This document shows, one piece after another, positions 37,321 to 51,671 of a stretch of DNA of 64,000 nucleotides (positions are counted from its first letter, which is position 1; each line of letters begins with the position of its first letter). Origin of the DNA: Ophelia neglecta (taxonomy: Eukaryota); NCBI GenBank assembly GCA_965285935.1, contig OZ260666.1, positions 43,586,001 to 43,650,000 on the forward strand, given 5' to 3'. The notes below the pieces were generated by a model that was given only the letters and a program-made list of their open reading frames with translations, was not told the origin of the DNA and searched no databases. The translations under genes and the position numbers were made by a program.

Positions 37321-38045
37321 AACCAGAAAAGAACCCGAAAGACTAGTTAGCGCTTTATTGGTTCATCGTACACAATAGGCAGGTGCAGTGAGTTGATGAC
37401 TGCTCCTACAAATATTGTATTCAGGCATACTTCTCCCGCTCCACGCAATCTTTCCACCCATCTTTTTACATGGAACGCGCGATAACGGTCGAGGAAAACA
37501 TTCTCCTGCTTTAGTCCTAAAAATGATATTATTTCAATCAGGTCATACGCTTATTTCCTTCCAAAATTAACTTTAACCAAACCGTCTTACAGCTGCGTAA
37601 AAAGGCAATAAGTAGATAGGCAGGTAAAGTCAACATCGCTAGAATAGCTCATTCAGTACAAGTTACAAATAATCACATACAGCTGTTTTCATCACCTAGT
37701 CTACAAGGTATAAAATAATTTTATTGTACTTATGATATTCCACGGACCTGATGAAGAACGCACAAGGACAGGATGTTTCAATAATCTATCAATTATTAAG
37801 TAGATCGTCATAATGAATCCTTTTTATTGGTAATTAAGTTTCAGTGCAATAAAAAATGTGGAAAGAATGCATACACTACACAATAAAACCGGCATGAAAG
37901 CAATATTCTTATTTCTCACCATCAGGTACTAATATATTAAATACGAATTTCTCAATTTGTGGATATCTTTGCTGCTACTAATATTATAGTATTCACATAA
38001 GACGCGTTTTAGCTCACTTATAAATGGGACTACTTTATTGCTGGC

Positions 38046-38250
38046 ACTCTGTGCACTTCGAGTAGGCTCAAGAGCCAAGACTCGAACTCAAGCAAAGGCA
38101 AGGCTGTGAGGCGCCAATTGCCACAAGAATAGAAATCCACAACCGGCGGTAATTAAGTTTACGAGAAATTGATGTTTCTTCTCATGGATCACTTTTCTCG
38201 GTTCGAAGAGGCACTTAGATCACTCTGACACTGAAAGGAGCTGGATCTCG
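38046..38250 (+). repeat. Old interspersed repeat family A, copy 2
   Basis: aagactcgaac...tgaggcgccaattgccacaagaatagaa...gagaaattgatgtttc. Confidence 0.75.
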
Positions 38251-38934
38251 CGTCTTTTATTAGGTAATGCTCTGAACAGAGATTTGTTACTAATATTATC
38301 TAGCAAAATCTAAGTGTTATTTGGGAAAATAATCAGGAACTGCAGGCTAAACTATAACTCTGGAAAAAAATTAATATTAGAAAAACATTTTCCTAGTTGT
38401 TTCATTATGGTGACCCAATTTGTTTCAAAGAGGGAAACGTAGTTTGATACTGTATAATCTTTTTAAACACCGCAACCCTCCTTTTCAATCTACCAGTGAA
38501 CATTACCATGTCGTTTCCGAAGTATTGGACATTATACTAATGATGCAATACAATTATTGCCTCTTAAATCGTTTAATGTTGATGACTGTGTTCATTATTA
38601 TATGGAATGCACAGTGGGTATAAAATACAATTTTGTTGACATAGTAAGTGTTCTGTGTTCGGTTGAACAAGAAATGTTTCTGAGTTACTTTTGGACGAAA
38701 CAGTGTTAGTTTTCTGACAAAGCATGATAGATTTTACCTTGCGTGTTATGAACATAAGGTTTGGACAACACCTACAACCAAATATGTAGCGATGCTTGTA
38801 TACTTATATACATTTCTTGAAATGCATAAAGTTTGTATTTGCCTATTGCTCGTTCGTACAATTTCTGGATGATAGCTACAACCCACCACCCTTTCAATAT
38901 ATGCAGATCCTCCTTTGCCCAACTGATTCATCTT

Positions 38935-39555
38935 CTTAAGTCATAAAAGCCAAGCTATCTATAGATTCCTTGGAAAAATTTGTTCATTCCTTTATCTCGT
39001 CCCGGCTGAACTATTGCAATTCGCTCTTATCAGGTTTGTCAGAGGTTATAATGAAAACACAAATTCGAATAATCAAAAATATTGCTATTGTATTGTGACT
39101 TTCCTCAGAATGACGGCACTACGCCTGTACTGAGAAAGTTATATTTGTAAAGAGAAAAGAATATGATTATTTTAAAATTTGTTTGTTGGTTAATACGATC
39201 CTTGCTGGATTAGCTGCAACAAATCGTGTCGAACTCAAAGCATCCACGTGCTGCCATACGCTTCCATATTTTCTTTTTTCCATCATGATAACCACACATT
39301 GGAATCCTCTGACCACAGCTATTCTGAATGCTTCTAGCCTCACTGAAACTATTGTAGATGTTTCACATCATCCAACAAATTAAATTGTCCTATTAAGGCT
39401 AATCAATTTGTCCGGTTTATCTTTTAACCATCTAATCCTTTTTCTACTTGCACTTTGAAACAATTTATTGTTCTTTTTTTATCACACGATTGTATTAAAG
39501 CGTTGTAGAACAGCGTGTTGAGTGAGGCGCTACAGGAAATGAATTTATAATAATG
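38935..39555 (+). mobile_element. L2 LINE 3' fragment (RT C-terminus and conserved tail)
   Basis: VHSFISSRLNYCNSLLSGL ... TPVLRKL ... FKICLLVNTILAGLA ... HWNPL; typical L2 tail aaagcgttgtagaaca...aggcgctaca..aaat. Confidence 0.85.
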
Positions 39556-42500
39556 AATTAGTATCATCAGGAACATAAATATTATTGGAAATAGCTCTAG
39601 ACATAGAAACCTGACACCATTTATAAGCAGTATTTTATTTTACTTTGGACTCTTTTTTCCGGACACTTGTGACATATCCACCTCGGACTTTGTCACATTA
39701 TATTGTCTTAACTAAAATAACATATTGATATTTAGCGAAACGTGTAATACGGATTTTATAAATACGTTTTCTCTTGATTTTATTTGTTATTTTGTAATAT
39801 TCTTCTTCAAGCTTTTTTATTTTGCTTCAATACCTTTTGTATTAAATCTATCTCATGTGTTATTTTCCTGTTACCTTACAAACCTTAATTAAAATTTTTA
39901 ATTGCCACATTGGGATATATAGCAAGAATCAGTGTGGCATTCTAAGGAAAAAAGCAACCATTCTCCCAGAACCTCCAGTCCATGCTAATCGTATGAACGT
40001 GGTGAGAAAAAAAGGTTGAATTGTACCTGATTAGGCTTTTTCTTCACAGTTTGATTCACACTATCCCAGACTAATAATTACAACTACCTGACAATGTCAA
40101 GGAAGTTACATTACTTTTGGTACTTACAGCTTAATGATGAAAACATTTAATTCAAAGATAATAAGGTTAATTTTTAATCCAAAAATAATAAGGCTAATTT
40201 TTAATTCATTTTGTTTGTAATGAGCATGCAACCGGTTAGGTCTTACCACCGTGAATTGTCTTTTAGGAAGTTTGTTCCAGGGAGTAGCATCTGTCGGTAT
40301 GAATAAACATTGTATAAAGCATCATGGCGATGTATCAATATTTCATGAGCAGACACCCACATTACAAGAGTGGTATTTCCGACCATTTTAAACGACTATT
40401 CGAGTAAGACAGTTTGGCTTTGTCTGTCAGGTATCCCCTCCCGTTTTTCAAATGTAAGATAATACAGCTCTGGTACTGTCTGGCTGTGAAGCTCTGATTA
40501 ACACTAGAGCTACCATTATAAACAGGCTTAACTATTAATAAAGTTCATTAGTGTGCAGTCAGAAATGAACATGGTTTCAACAGTAACTGTTGATTTCTAG
40601 TGTTTACAGCGTCCTCGTTGCTATTAAAATATTCAATGAACTAACATTATTTGTGTTAAATAAATGTATTCCCTTATTGTCGGATTGATTGCTTTTGACA
40701 AAATGGCGAATATGACTGTCAACGATACTTTGATTCCTTGCAGGCCGCTTGGCTTGTTTTTTATATTTTTGTTGTGACAAGTTTTCTTTTGCAAGCATGG
40801 TCATATTTGACTTATTGATCTAGTAATCTGATTTGCAGCTGTGGAACTATGAGAGACTGCAATTGGCGATATCCGTTTGAAATTAATGTGAATTGATTTA
40901 ATGGAAACATGTATGATCAACGAATTGGCTTTATAACAAAATATGAATACCCATCCAGGCCGTGTTAAGATGAAAAGGGGCATGCAGTTTATCCACGCTA
41001 GGAACTCTGTTCAGAGAACATAATTTTCCTTGACCAATAAACTATCATATTTGTAAATCAATTGAAAGTCAAATTAGTATGGGAAAGTTATGGAGAAAAA
41101 AAATGATGGGAAACAATTGGAGCCCGTCATATCTTGCAACACCAACGACTACTCAACATGGCAGGAAAAAATGAGACCTGAACTACCAAGGCAGCATTGT
41201 AGTCATAAACACAAAGGGCAGATAAGCAGATATATATCATCGTTAATATCACAGGTTTATAGCGCCATGTCCTTGGGCGATGATGGTTCATTGAATTTGT
41301 TTTCCTATCAACTGGTGCCAGTGCAAAATTGCCAACTCGTATACTATTCTTTTACGAATCCATATATAGTATCGATTATTATAATGGTTAAATGTGCCAA
41401 AACTGGTATTTAAGTGGGTTCTTAACTAGTTTGGTGATATCAGATCAACATGAGGCCTTCAGATAAACATCTGTGAATCTATATCCCACATGGTATTCAA
41501 GCGATGCTGGCAACAATCTGTTGGTTTATCAAGTTCTATCTTTCACACTAACAAGCACAAGTGGAATTTTCTGCCTTCTTTTGATATTTTTTTTCCTTTG
41601 ATTATATTGAAGATTTATTTCAACCCGCACGAAAATATCGTCGATGTCCATGTAATAAACTAAATTTCTTTTAATCAAATTGAGTTAGAAGTTGATTCAT
41701 ATTCTTACAAACCTGACGCACACTATGGTGAAAAACGTTTAGCTGAAAATATTTCAATTTATCAGAAAAAGAAGATGCAATAAAACCTATGCGTTACAAT
41801 CTCCTTTTACCTGGTGACGAAAACGGCTATGTGTAAACTAACCACACGCATTTCTTCTTGCCTGTCCACTGCCTGTTCTGCGCAATAAAGATTTATTAAC
41901 ATAATTGCATTAGAGCTATGTGCACTTTTTGGACAGGCTATTCAGTCTATGTTCAGTAAATTGCGTTTCTTTTGTTCAATTAAAGCACTAGGTGTATGGC
42001 ATTCTGTTCAAACTATCCAAATACACATAGCCCTTATTGCATAGACAGCGACGATAGCTTCGTTTCGCCTATTTAATGGAGAAGGTTTACAGTACATTTT
42101 TCTGGTAGAATAAGATAAATAGAGAAGAAATTTTTTAGGACCTTTTATTCAGTAATGTTGTTGGAAATGCCTCAGTGTTATAATGAAAAGCAAGGTGACA
42201 AACATCTCTGGATTTAATATGTTCAATGAGATAAATAGATAAGATTGCGCGCTGCCCAACGAGGCGGTGATGGGTTTCTTAATGTTCAATTGGAATGTTT
42301 TAAAACAACAAGCGAGAGTTGACTGAACACATTAAGTCGCATTTTAAGACTTAAATAAAGTCATTAAACAACATGTTGATACGCTGGTAAAAGTTATCAT
42401 AGCCGGTTTGTTTCTTAAAATAACCTAGTAATATCTGAGCCATTGGTGTGTTGAAACTGTTGGTCAGCACAAACATATGAGGTCTTCAGATTTCAATTAA

Positions 42501-42893
42501 CGGTATACTTCTCAGATACATCGTTCTGCTTTCATACAACAGGGTTTTTATACCAGTGACATTGCAAAACTAAAACTCGCACACACATCAAATTTTCCCC
42601 TTGGCCCTGATCCGAGTAAACGCCGACATTCTGCTCAATATAGCTTTATTTTGACAAAACATTCAATATTTATGTCATCATCCCTATATTTTTCCTATTT
42701 GCAGGAGCCTTATTGTGGTAAAACCTATGAACAAAAAATTAAATAAAAAAGAAGACAGCTAATTTACCATATACTTAACAAATTTGGCAGCAGCCGTGAC
42801 ATCAATTATCCATTTTTTTATTGATATTGACAGGTGTGCGTTTAGTTTGAACATGAGATTATAATAGAACCCTTATGTGCCTGAGTTTAAGGC

Positions 42894-43022
42894 GCTATGC
42901 GCCCACATCGATGCTATTATCGAGAAATTCAACCTCAGAACGGACAATGAGGCGCCAAATGCTACAGGATTAGAACTCGGTACCAACAGTAATCAAATAT
43001 ACCAAAAGTTGATGTTTCCTTC
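42894..43022 (+). repeat. Old interspersed repeat family A, copy 3 (partial)
   Basis: tgcgcccac...caatgaggcgccaaatgctaca...cagtaatc...ttgatgtttc. Confidence 0.7.
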
Positions 43023-44311
43023 CAAATGCCATGAGAGCATTAATCATTATTCTCATGAGTAAGGACCAGAGGATAATTTTATAATCAAATAAGGGGCAAG
43101 TGTACCCTAGCCGGGAGATGAAACATTTATTAAATATCACTTAAAATCAATAATCATGAATCATTTATTAAATACTATGGAGAACAATTGAGAACAGTCA
43201 CGAAGCCAGTAAGTGCTAACCCACCGACAGAGTTATTTCGAGGGTAAAATTACCTGCACGAATCACAACAGAAATTGTGTTAACAATAATCGGGGCATAT
43301 TATGTAAATCGGCATAATATAAAAGAAAAACTATATCAAATATATTCAATTGGTATGCTTCTACCTTTTAAATACATGTTTGAACAAAGAGGTAGATTTT
43401 ATTGTCCTTTTATAAGAAGACTTCCCCCGGGCTTTAGATTAGATTCCACCTAAACAGTTATGGTTTAGGCTTATGAATGAGGAGAAATGTGTCTTAATCT
43501 GAAGGGAGCGTGTTACTCCGTTGAATAATCGTTTACTATCCTGAACGAATTTCAAACACAATAGAAATGACATTCTCGCAAGTTGTTTGCCCGGGAAGTC
43601 TAGGCATAATACAGAACAGCAAAAGGGAAAGTCTTCCTCATAGTAGCCTATCATGGCAGACATTTCGGAAAGCTGTTTTAATAAACTGGTATAGGATGCT
43701 ACGGTTTTACTTTCTCATCATTACAGTATACGCCTGCGTCGGCTGGTGAAGACCCGTGAAACGTCCACATTGCATCCGAATAGAATATTACTCAAGACAA
43801 GCATTTTGTGACATTTCACATGTTGTGATTATCGGTACTTCAGCACTACATACAGCACTACACAATGTGCTGCCAGTGACAATTATTATATGGTTCAATT
43901 GCCTTTCATAGAGTTTCACTCACTGAGCAGGAGAAGAGCACGTTGATTTACATTTATACGCTATATTTAAACGCTGATTGGGTACAAGATAGAAGAATTG
44001 CGCAAGTCAAATATTATGTATGAGGCTTATTTGACCAAATTCACAAGCCTGCTTGGTAGACTGGCCATCAAGCCAAATTTAATATTGAGACCTGGGACAT
44101 AGAAGAGGGATATCAATTCAGATTCCTACCGAAGCAATGTCAAACCATATGGAGAAATGTATATCGGCCTGTATGTGTCAACGAATGACGAAGGTCATTT
44201 GTGCATTTAAATCAACCAAATTCGCTGGTAGTGTGGAATTAGGTCATATTATTAAATCTAACAGGTTATATGAATTGACATGTACCCGCTAAATATTATA
44301 AGAACTACATG

Positions 44312-44522
44312 TATATATATAAAACCATATTTGTGATTTCAAACTAATACAAAATTAAGTCACCCGGGTCCGATTCCCCCCATGAATCTAATGATAATGT
44401 ATTGAATTGAAACATTAATACCATTTCTTTAAGGTGTCAAGAATTGTTATATATGTTCATATACAACAATATATATATATAAACATATTTGTGATTCCAA
44501 GCTAACACGAATTTAAGTCACA
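44312..44522. repeat. Local direct duplication of about 50 bp
   Basis: atatatataaa(a)c(c)atatttgtgatt.caa.ctaa.ac.aa.ttaagtcac at about 44312 and 44472. Confidence 0.8.
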
Positions 44523-46556
44523 TGCGTGCAAGCTATCATAAAACCCTATATATATAATGATAACATGTTGTACTAAGACAATAATATCATACCTTTTGTA
44601 TGTATGGGGATGGCGGACGTAATGACAGTTTCCTGATTTACATGTACAGCATAAAATGACTGAGCAGGCATGTGGTGTCCGGCTTGGCTGCACGCAGGGT
44701 AGAAGAAGGACTAAACCGTTATCCATAAATGATACAAAGGACAAGTCCATATGAATATTGGTTTTAAGCACATAGTGGTGTACATAGTGGTGTGATTTTT
44801 TTTTAGGAAAACATCAAAAAGATACTTGGACAGATGACTTGACCACTTTTAAAACAACGTGAAATTGTACACACATAAATTGTACACACATATTATCATT
44901 TCTTTACAATACCGACTTCGCAGAATGATACCACGAAATACAGAAATAATTTTATTGTGTCAAAATATACTTCCATACCGAAATAACAATAGCCACGGTG
45001 TTGCGGTGCGGGGCAGCCCCTTTGTGGTATATTGTCTTGTGGTACTTTTTTTTTCATCTCTATATTTATGCTTGTACAATATTATACGTTTGTTTTAGTT
45101 TGGATATTTTCAAGGTTCATCACTATGTGTGGTTATGTTGGTGTACTTTATCGGCTGAGGCGGGGGTGGGGGGGGGGGGATTATCCAGCTGTAAGTATAT
45201 AGTATGATAGAGTTCCACCTAATATATGAGTTAACGCTGTTTTGTGGCCATATATTGTAAGCCATGTATTGATATCGGTTTTGCTCGGGTATATTGTATG
45301 ATAATATTTTTTTTCTTTCTAAATGGATAGATATAGTAAGGACAATAATTGTCGAACATTTCGTAACGTATAATATTTACCGAACGAGACTAAAAGAAAC
45401 TGCGTATTTCTTGTAATATAGCTCTAGGACACATGAGCAATTCATTACGTAGAACCTTCAGACAAAAACACAAATACACAACTTTCCTTTATTTGTTACC
45501 TTAGGAGCTAAGGCCTAAACATTTTTTGGGGTAAGTTGACGCTGGAGACGAGTGAAACTGTATTCGCAGTGGGCGATCTAATGGTGTACAGGTGATACGT
45601 TGATCTTCCTGATATGACTTGTTTGTAGAAAACTGCATATAAATTGCATCTTTTTATCGCGTCTATCTATCTCTTATTTCTATGAGTGATATAACGAATG
45701 TGTATCCGCCTTCAGAATATGTTGACTTTTTAATCCTGAATTTCATATATTTTATACACTTATGTCACCAGTAGAGACATCAAGTTACAATCAACGCTTT
45801 GTGCCAATAACTCAGGTGCACACATGTAAACAAGCTCCAATATCTCAGTCCCGACCTCACCCCATTCTATTCCCTCCTAGGATATATTAAAGCATTCAAC
45901 CAAGTGACCACTAACCTTGTATTGTATTGTATAAAGTTGTCCAACAAACCGTTATAGTAATTAAACTTTATGGCACAAAAATACATGCATTGTATTACTA
46001 TATTATGCAATTAGATGAGAGTTTGTGAATGACAGGGATGGGTGATCATGACTACTTTTGATGTGTGTCATGCTAGAACAATTGCAATCGAAATACTGCG
46101 TGCATCGTGTTATTTGTTTTGCAAAACATGCCCTCTCATCACTTTATGTAGCAACGTGTCTATCGTCTTGCCACGGAGACCATGTCAGTAGCCAAAATAG
46201 CAAACTTCGTTGACTGCCGTATCGGTAGTATGGCAGTAATTATATATATATATCACACTGTTATTTCTTTTTATATATAAGAGAAAAAAACATTCAATTT
46301 TGGCTTGGCGTTATTTTCATTTTTGCTACATTCATGGCGCTTTGAAATGGAAATGAGGGCTTCCAGTCCATACGACTTAAGAATTGCAATATACCAGGTA
46401 TCAATATTAATGTACATTACCGAAACTAATATTTACACCTAAGGCGGTCGGAATCTTGTTTGTGTCATTGAGAGATGGTTTATGGCTGTTGGAAGCAGTG
46501 CTGATTACCGACAGAGATGTGTGTGTATTGCCTTAGATGTACGCGGTGCCTCGACT

Positions 46557-46690
46557 ATCCAATTATGAGGTTGTAATATGCCTCATTAACTGTGGATCGG
46601 GAAATGGCCTTAAGCAGTCCTGTTTCTTGCAGTAGTTTGGAAAAGGAACACTCGTGATTATTATTGTTCTTCTGGCAGATTGCGATCAAT
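46557..46690 (+). repeat. Interspersed repeat family B, copy 2
   Basis: atccaattatgaggttgtaatatgcctcattaactgt ... tattattgttcttctggcagattgcgat. Confidence 0.7.
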
Positions 46691-49600
46691 GATATCGTTT
46701 TTAGTCAATAAAGAAATATTCATTATCAGGCTCTGACTAAAGTGCTAGTCTGTGTAGAAGATAATATGATTTGTATTATGGAAACAAATCAAGACCTTTT
46801 TATTGGAAGAGAAAATGGGAATGAAATCCGATTATCAAAGAAATCTTTTTCATAATTAAGCAAAGTAATTAAAACATCGCTACATCCGTCAGATAGATCA
46901 CCTTTAAGTTTCAAATTCTGATCGATGCATGCAGGAAATAATAAAATAAACCATAGATTATCATAACTCATATTTCATTATCGGTTAAAATTTTCCACTT
47001 TGAACTCTAATCGCTCTTAATTGTCTTCGGCTCTTCTGTCAGTACTGACAGAAAATGGTGCCAAGAAGCTTTCCGATTGATAAAAAAGACAAAAAAACAA
47101 TAAGTTGTTTCATATTTCGATTTACTTAATTATGGAACACATATTTTTGTGATTTATTATGAATTATACCAACTTATCCAAGTATTCATGAGAACTGGTG
47201 CAATACGTTTACCATTTGACCATTGATGATATTAAACTTGATGACAAAGATTTAAACCATTTTCTAAATAGATATGATGCATATAAATCAATAATACTAG
47301 CTATTACTAGAACACCACATTAGAAAGTGTGACCCCTTACCACAAACAGTGTTTTCATTATTTTGAATGCTGGATAATGAAATGGTTGTATGTAACTTAA
47401 AGTGAGTGTGTGTATTCTTATACTTTATTACACGAGTCCAATGATCCGTTTTTGTTACACAATATAAGAGCGCTGAGGACACAATTATGGCTTACCCCTA
47501 GCTTCAGTGCAATAAACAAACATGCACAACGAATGAATAGTGCTAAGTGAGGTGTTCCCTATCTAAATATTTTTCTTGCTTTGGAAAATACCCTTAAGAA
47601 ACATGATCATGCCATGATACTAATAGTTTTGAATCAAGAGTTACTACAAAGAATTTAGTGTGATTTACGCTTTCAGTATATATTCCGCTAATGTTTGCTG
47701 ATATATATGTATAGATACTGGTATACACATTTACTTCTAAGAACAGTCTCTTTATATTTGACGTTAAAGTTAACTTAATATTTTAGTCGCAAATATGCTC
47801 GGGAAAATTTTGAAATACTGAAATTCAGTTGACCTTTATTGCAACCAACCCTGCAACCAACTATGCCTTTCAGATTTATATCCTGTCAATGCATTTCAAC
47901 AGCTTTACCACAGTATAAGGCTAGTTCACCACAGTTCACTAAGCAACCAGGAGAAAAGGTTTAACTATGTAATAGAAGAAAACTTGTTGGCAAAGAGGCA
48001 TCACTTTGATTTCAGTTTGGAAAGTTAAATTATTTCTTCGATTTATTGTGGTACATAGCCTTGAGCTGTTTTGAACATGGTTAATTATCAACATGTAGGT
48101 TATTTGTGGACTTGAACATTGATGCCCACAAACTGTAACCATGTTTTAAATGGCCCCATTAATACTTATCCATAGGCCTAATCCTTTTTTCTGATAATGC
48201 ATCTGTAGTTTTAACGATTTCTTATCCTGCTTCAAGTCTTTCTAGGCCTTTACTCTCGCATTTACGTTTGTTTTTAAATTCAAGTCCGATCCGAATTGCA
48301 CTCTTTCCCACACCCCTTATGGATATTTTGGGTTGCACCATTGATGTGCACCGAGCTTGTATCATTGGCTGCCTAGGTTGAAAACAACTTCCGACTTCCT
48401 ATCTTTACCGCCTTCCTTCTACTATTGACGTCAGTCGACTTTCAAATGGCACATGTAACAACTCACGCCCTGATTTTCTGAAATGTATCACGTCATAGGG
48501 CGACTTGTTTTCCAGTATGGCGCTACAATTAGTCCTACTACAACTATAGAACAGGACACAATGATACAGCAAAAATAGTAGTCATATCTATGATTCTGAA
48601 CATGCCTCTATTGAAAATAAACACATAACTCCCAAATAAAACCAAACATATGAAAATATTGTGGTTAGGAGCCACGCTTTCAAACGTAGCCCTTCATTCA
48701 TAGCGCGATTTTTTATACCCTTATCGTGTCATTGATAGAAAAAGAAGGATATTTCTGTCTGATCCGAATGCATATGGCAATTTTTGATACTTAATCGTAC
48801 TGATGTTAATGATGAAAATCAAACCCTGACCAATCACTAGCATTGACAAGGCTTTAAAAACATAAGAAATTGTGACTTGCAACTTGACATTTTCCTCCGA
48901 CGCCATTATGGCATCAGGGTAGCACAATCCTACCCTCATTAATCCTAGCCAGTTATCTTACAGGGAAATTTGCTCGTTATTGAAGATAATCTGCGTGCTA
49001 TCTACTTCACTGAACAAATGCAAGTAACACAACGCTAGCCAATCAGAGCCGGGCTAGACCGAGGAGAAGGAAAACGGGCAGTATTATTCTTTATAAATGT
49101 AATAACACGTTAAATATACCTACACAAGCTAAGAACGGAATTTTTGAATATGCATAGCTGTATGCAGTGACTTGGCAGATTATCAATGAGGAGCAAATCT
49201 CCAGCCTTTAAAAATAATATCTGAAGTCATTAACGAGGGCGAAAAAAATACATATGTACCAAGGCAATGACTTATTTGGAGTTTACAAAAATTAATCTTC
49301 TCAATCCGCCATAATAAGTGATCAATTCACTTTGCTTTGACTATAATTATTTCGTGTTGATATTCCTTACTGGCCAAATGTCTCACCATTTACATGTTTC
49401 CCCATATCATTCACCATTGTATGGAGTTCTTTCACTCTCCTGACTATCTGACTAGGCCTTGATACAAAGGGAACCTTTTGTTGGCCTTCTGCAGCCGGTG
49501 GGCACATCCCTTTTACTTTGCAGACATACAATTGACTGTGAATCGGGAGGTGAATCAGAGCTCGTTTAATATATTTGCCCCACTGACTTCCGTCAGTGGA

Positions 49601-50639
49601 GGATTTATTTCCTCATGAGTGATTTATCGAGAAGAACAATATTGCGGGGTTTAAAAAAGACACGACACCTGCCATTGGGCCTAGTTTAACTTTTGCATTG
49701 GCCAAACGTAAGTTTTTACTTACGAAGACATCAACGGACCTACGTTTTCCTTTACTATTTCATTATATCCATAAAGGGCTTTTTTGAGGGGTGCTTATAT
49801 GAAAAAAAGGGTGACAAAATAATATTACTCAAAAGTACTGCCACTCTGCCAACGTATCAAACTGGTACCATTATGTATATAAAAATCAACCATTTCCCAA
49901 TAGATTCCAAACGATATTTGCCAATTATCATAAGTATGTGGGAACAATAGATGAGAAATGCTATCGGCTGCCCGTCAAAGGTGCATTGATCCGTCTATGA
50001 TAAATCACTCTGTGGGGGCGATAATACAAGATTATCCTTTCAGTCATTATTTAAACATTAATAATATTGCCTGCCATACAGATAACTTTTATTAGCTATT
50101 TAATCATAGATTGTCTACATTATACTTAAAAATAAAACAGTCGATCAAAAAGGTAAACCTAAATTATACATATCCTAATATCTTGCTCTGTCTACTTTAA
50201 GCTGCCAATGGACAGAAGCAGGGCAAGTTGATTTGGTTCCCTCGTACCAGCAATGTCCAGGTTTTCTTTAAGGGGTGGATGCAGGTTATGAAATATCTAC
50301 GTACTAGAGATCATTTTAATTCAGCTTTAAAGATAACTAATATCTTGCGGGCACTACATTTTAAGGTAGGCCTATATTTGTAAGTGATGATATCTCCCAA
50401 GTGCTTCAGTGAAGAAAGTCCATTTAACTCATACTGGGTTTATCCTGAATATTGCTGGCAGACAAGTAAATATTAAAACCGTGGATGCATTATACACAAA
50501 CACAAACTTAGCAATGTATTGTTTCTAATCATTTGTTATCTTTGAAGTGTGCACGACAATTTGCCAAGACCAGGTTTTAAAAAACCCATCAATTGTGCAT
50601 GAAATGAAGTGATACAGAGCGCGATAAGTATACTTAATT

Positions 50640-51410
50640 GTACACGTAACTACATTTATATACTGTTCTTTCTTGTGGCAAAAATGACATAACACTGTCA
50701 CTAGCACTAAAATCACCATGGAGACGATATCCGTATCATCCATGCTGACATGTTACTATGAAAATAAAGAAATTCGAAACGTAGCAAGAATTAACTCGAA
50801 CATCACAAGACTGCATGGCGACGTTCGCTGACAATAGATGTTTTTTATGCAATAGATCGTAAATGTGTCTGAACAGTGTCCTTTCGAGCTCCCGAATGTT
50901 CTGTCTAAAAAGCATTGAGTCATTCAAAGGGCGGAATCTGGAACATAGCAGGCAATTTAGGCTTTCGGTAATCCGGGGCCATAAGTAGCTTTAACAAACG
51001 ATGCACGATTTAATCTTTCTTTCCGTAAGTAAAGCGCCATGCACAGCGGCACCATAGCCGCTCTTCTCTTCTGGACTAAGAAAGGCTTCGCTTTGGTGAA
51101 CCAAACTTTTTTCCTCGCGTAATTATCCAACCTTTCATTACTCTATATTCTTTGACAGTAGTTGTGTCTAGCCACATGTTCTTTGCTGATAAGCTAGGTT
51201 TAATGAAGTTGTTCTGTTTCCTAGCATAACAGACCCCTCTCCTGCAATCCACCAACGATCTGTATAACACTTCTGATGCCACTTTCAGCTGGCTGGCAAA
51301 GAACAAGTCAGCCTATAAAGTTCTTGGTTGGTTGCTTTCAGATAATCTCCTACAGACCATCAAGTTTCTTGGTCTTTTGAGCCATTTTACATTTTAGTTG
51401 TTGGGGGCCG
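50640..51410 (-). mobile_element. Probable piggyBac transposase relic
   Basis: Ordered fragments RRLSESNQPRTL*ADLFFASQL (cf. v.rL...ly.DnfFtS..L), RTLFRHIYDL (cf. kW...lf.hllDl) and a Cys-containing VLCHFCHKKE tail; heavily degraded. Confidence 0.4.
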
Positions 51411-51591
51411 CCGAGTTAAGGTACAATGAGTATAATACAACTGATAATATAATGGGCAGGCCTATTTTATCTGTGTTCCTTATAAGATCCTGAAATTTGT
51501 AAATTAATTGCCCTTATTTCACCTGTCCTTACAACTTCATTTATGAACTTTCGTCGTGGCTATATATTTGGCGTTTTTTCTTGCGTTTAGA

Positions 51592-51671
51592 TAGCGCTTT
51601 CGGAGCCATGACATTTGAAGGATAGTTACAAAATTGTACAACTTCTACCTGCTCCTGCTAATCAATTTGAA
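51592..51671 (+). repeat. 80-bp direct repeat, copy 1 (76/80 identical to 53400-53479)
   Basis: tagcgctttc..agccatg.catttgaaggatagttaca.aattgtacaacttctacctgctcctgctaatcaatttgaa. Confidence 0.93.

Noticed and set aside
44360-44385. tRNA B-box-like gggtccgattccc
   Set aside because: No A-box or cloverleaf could be formed.
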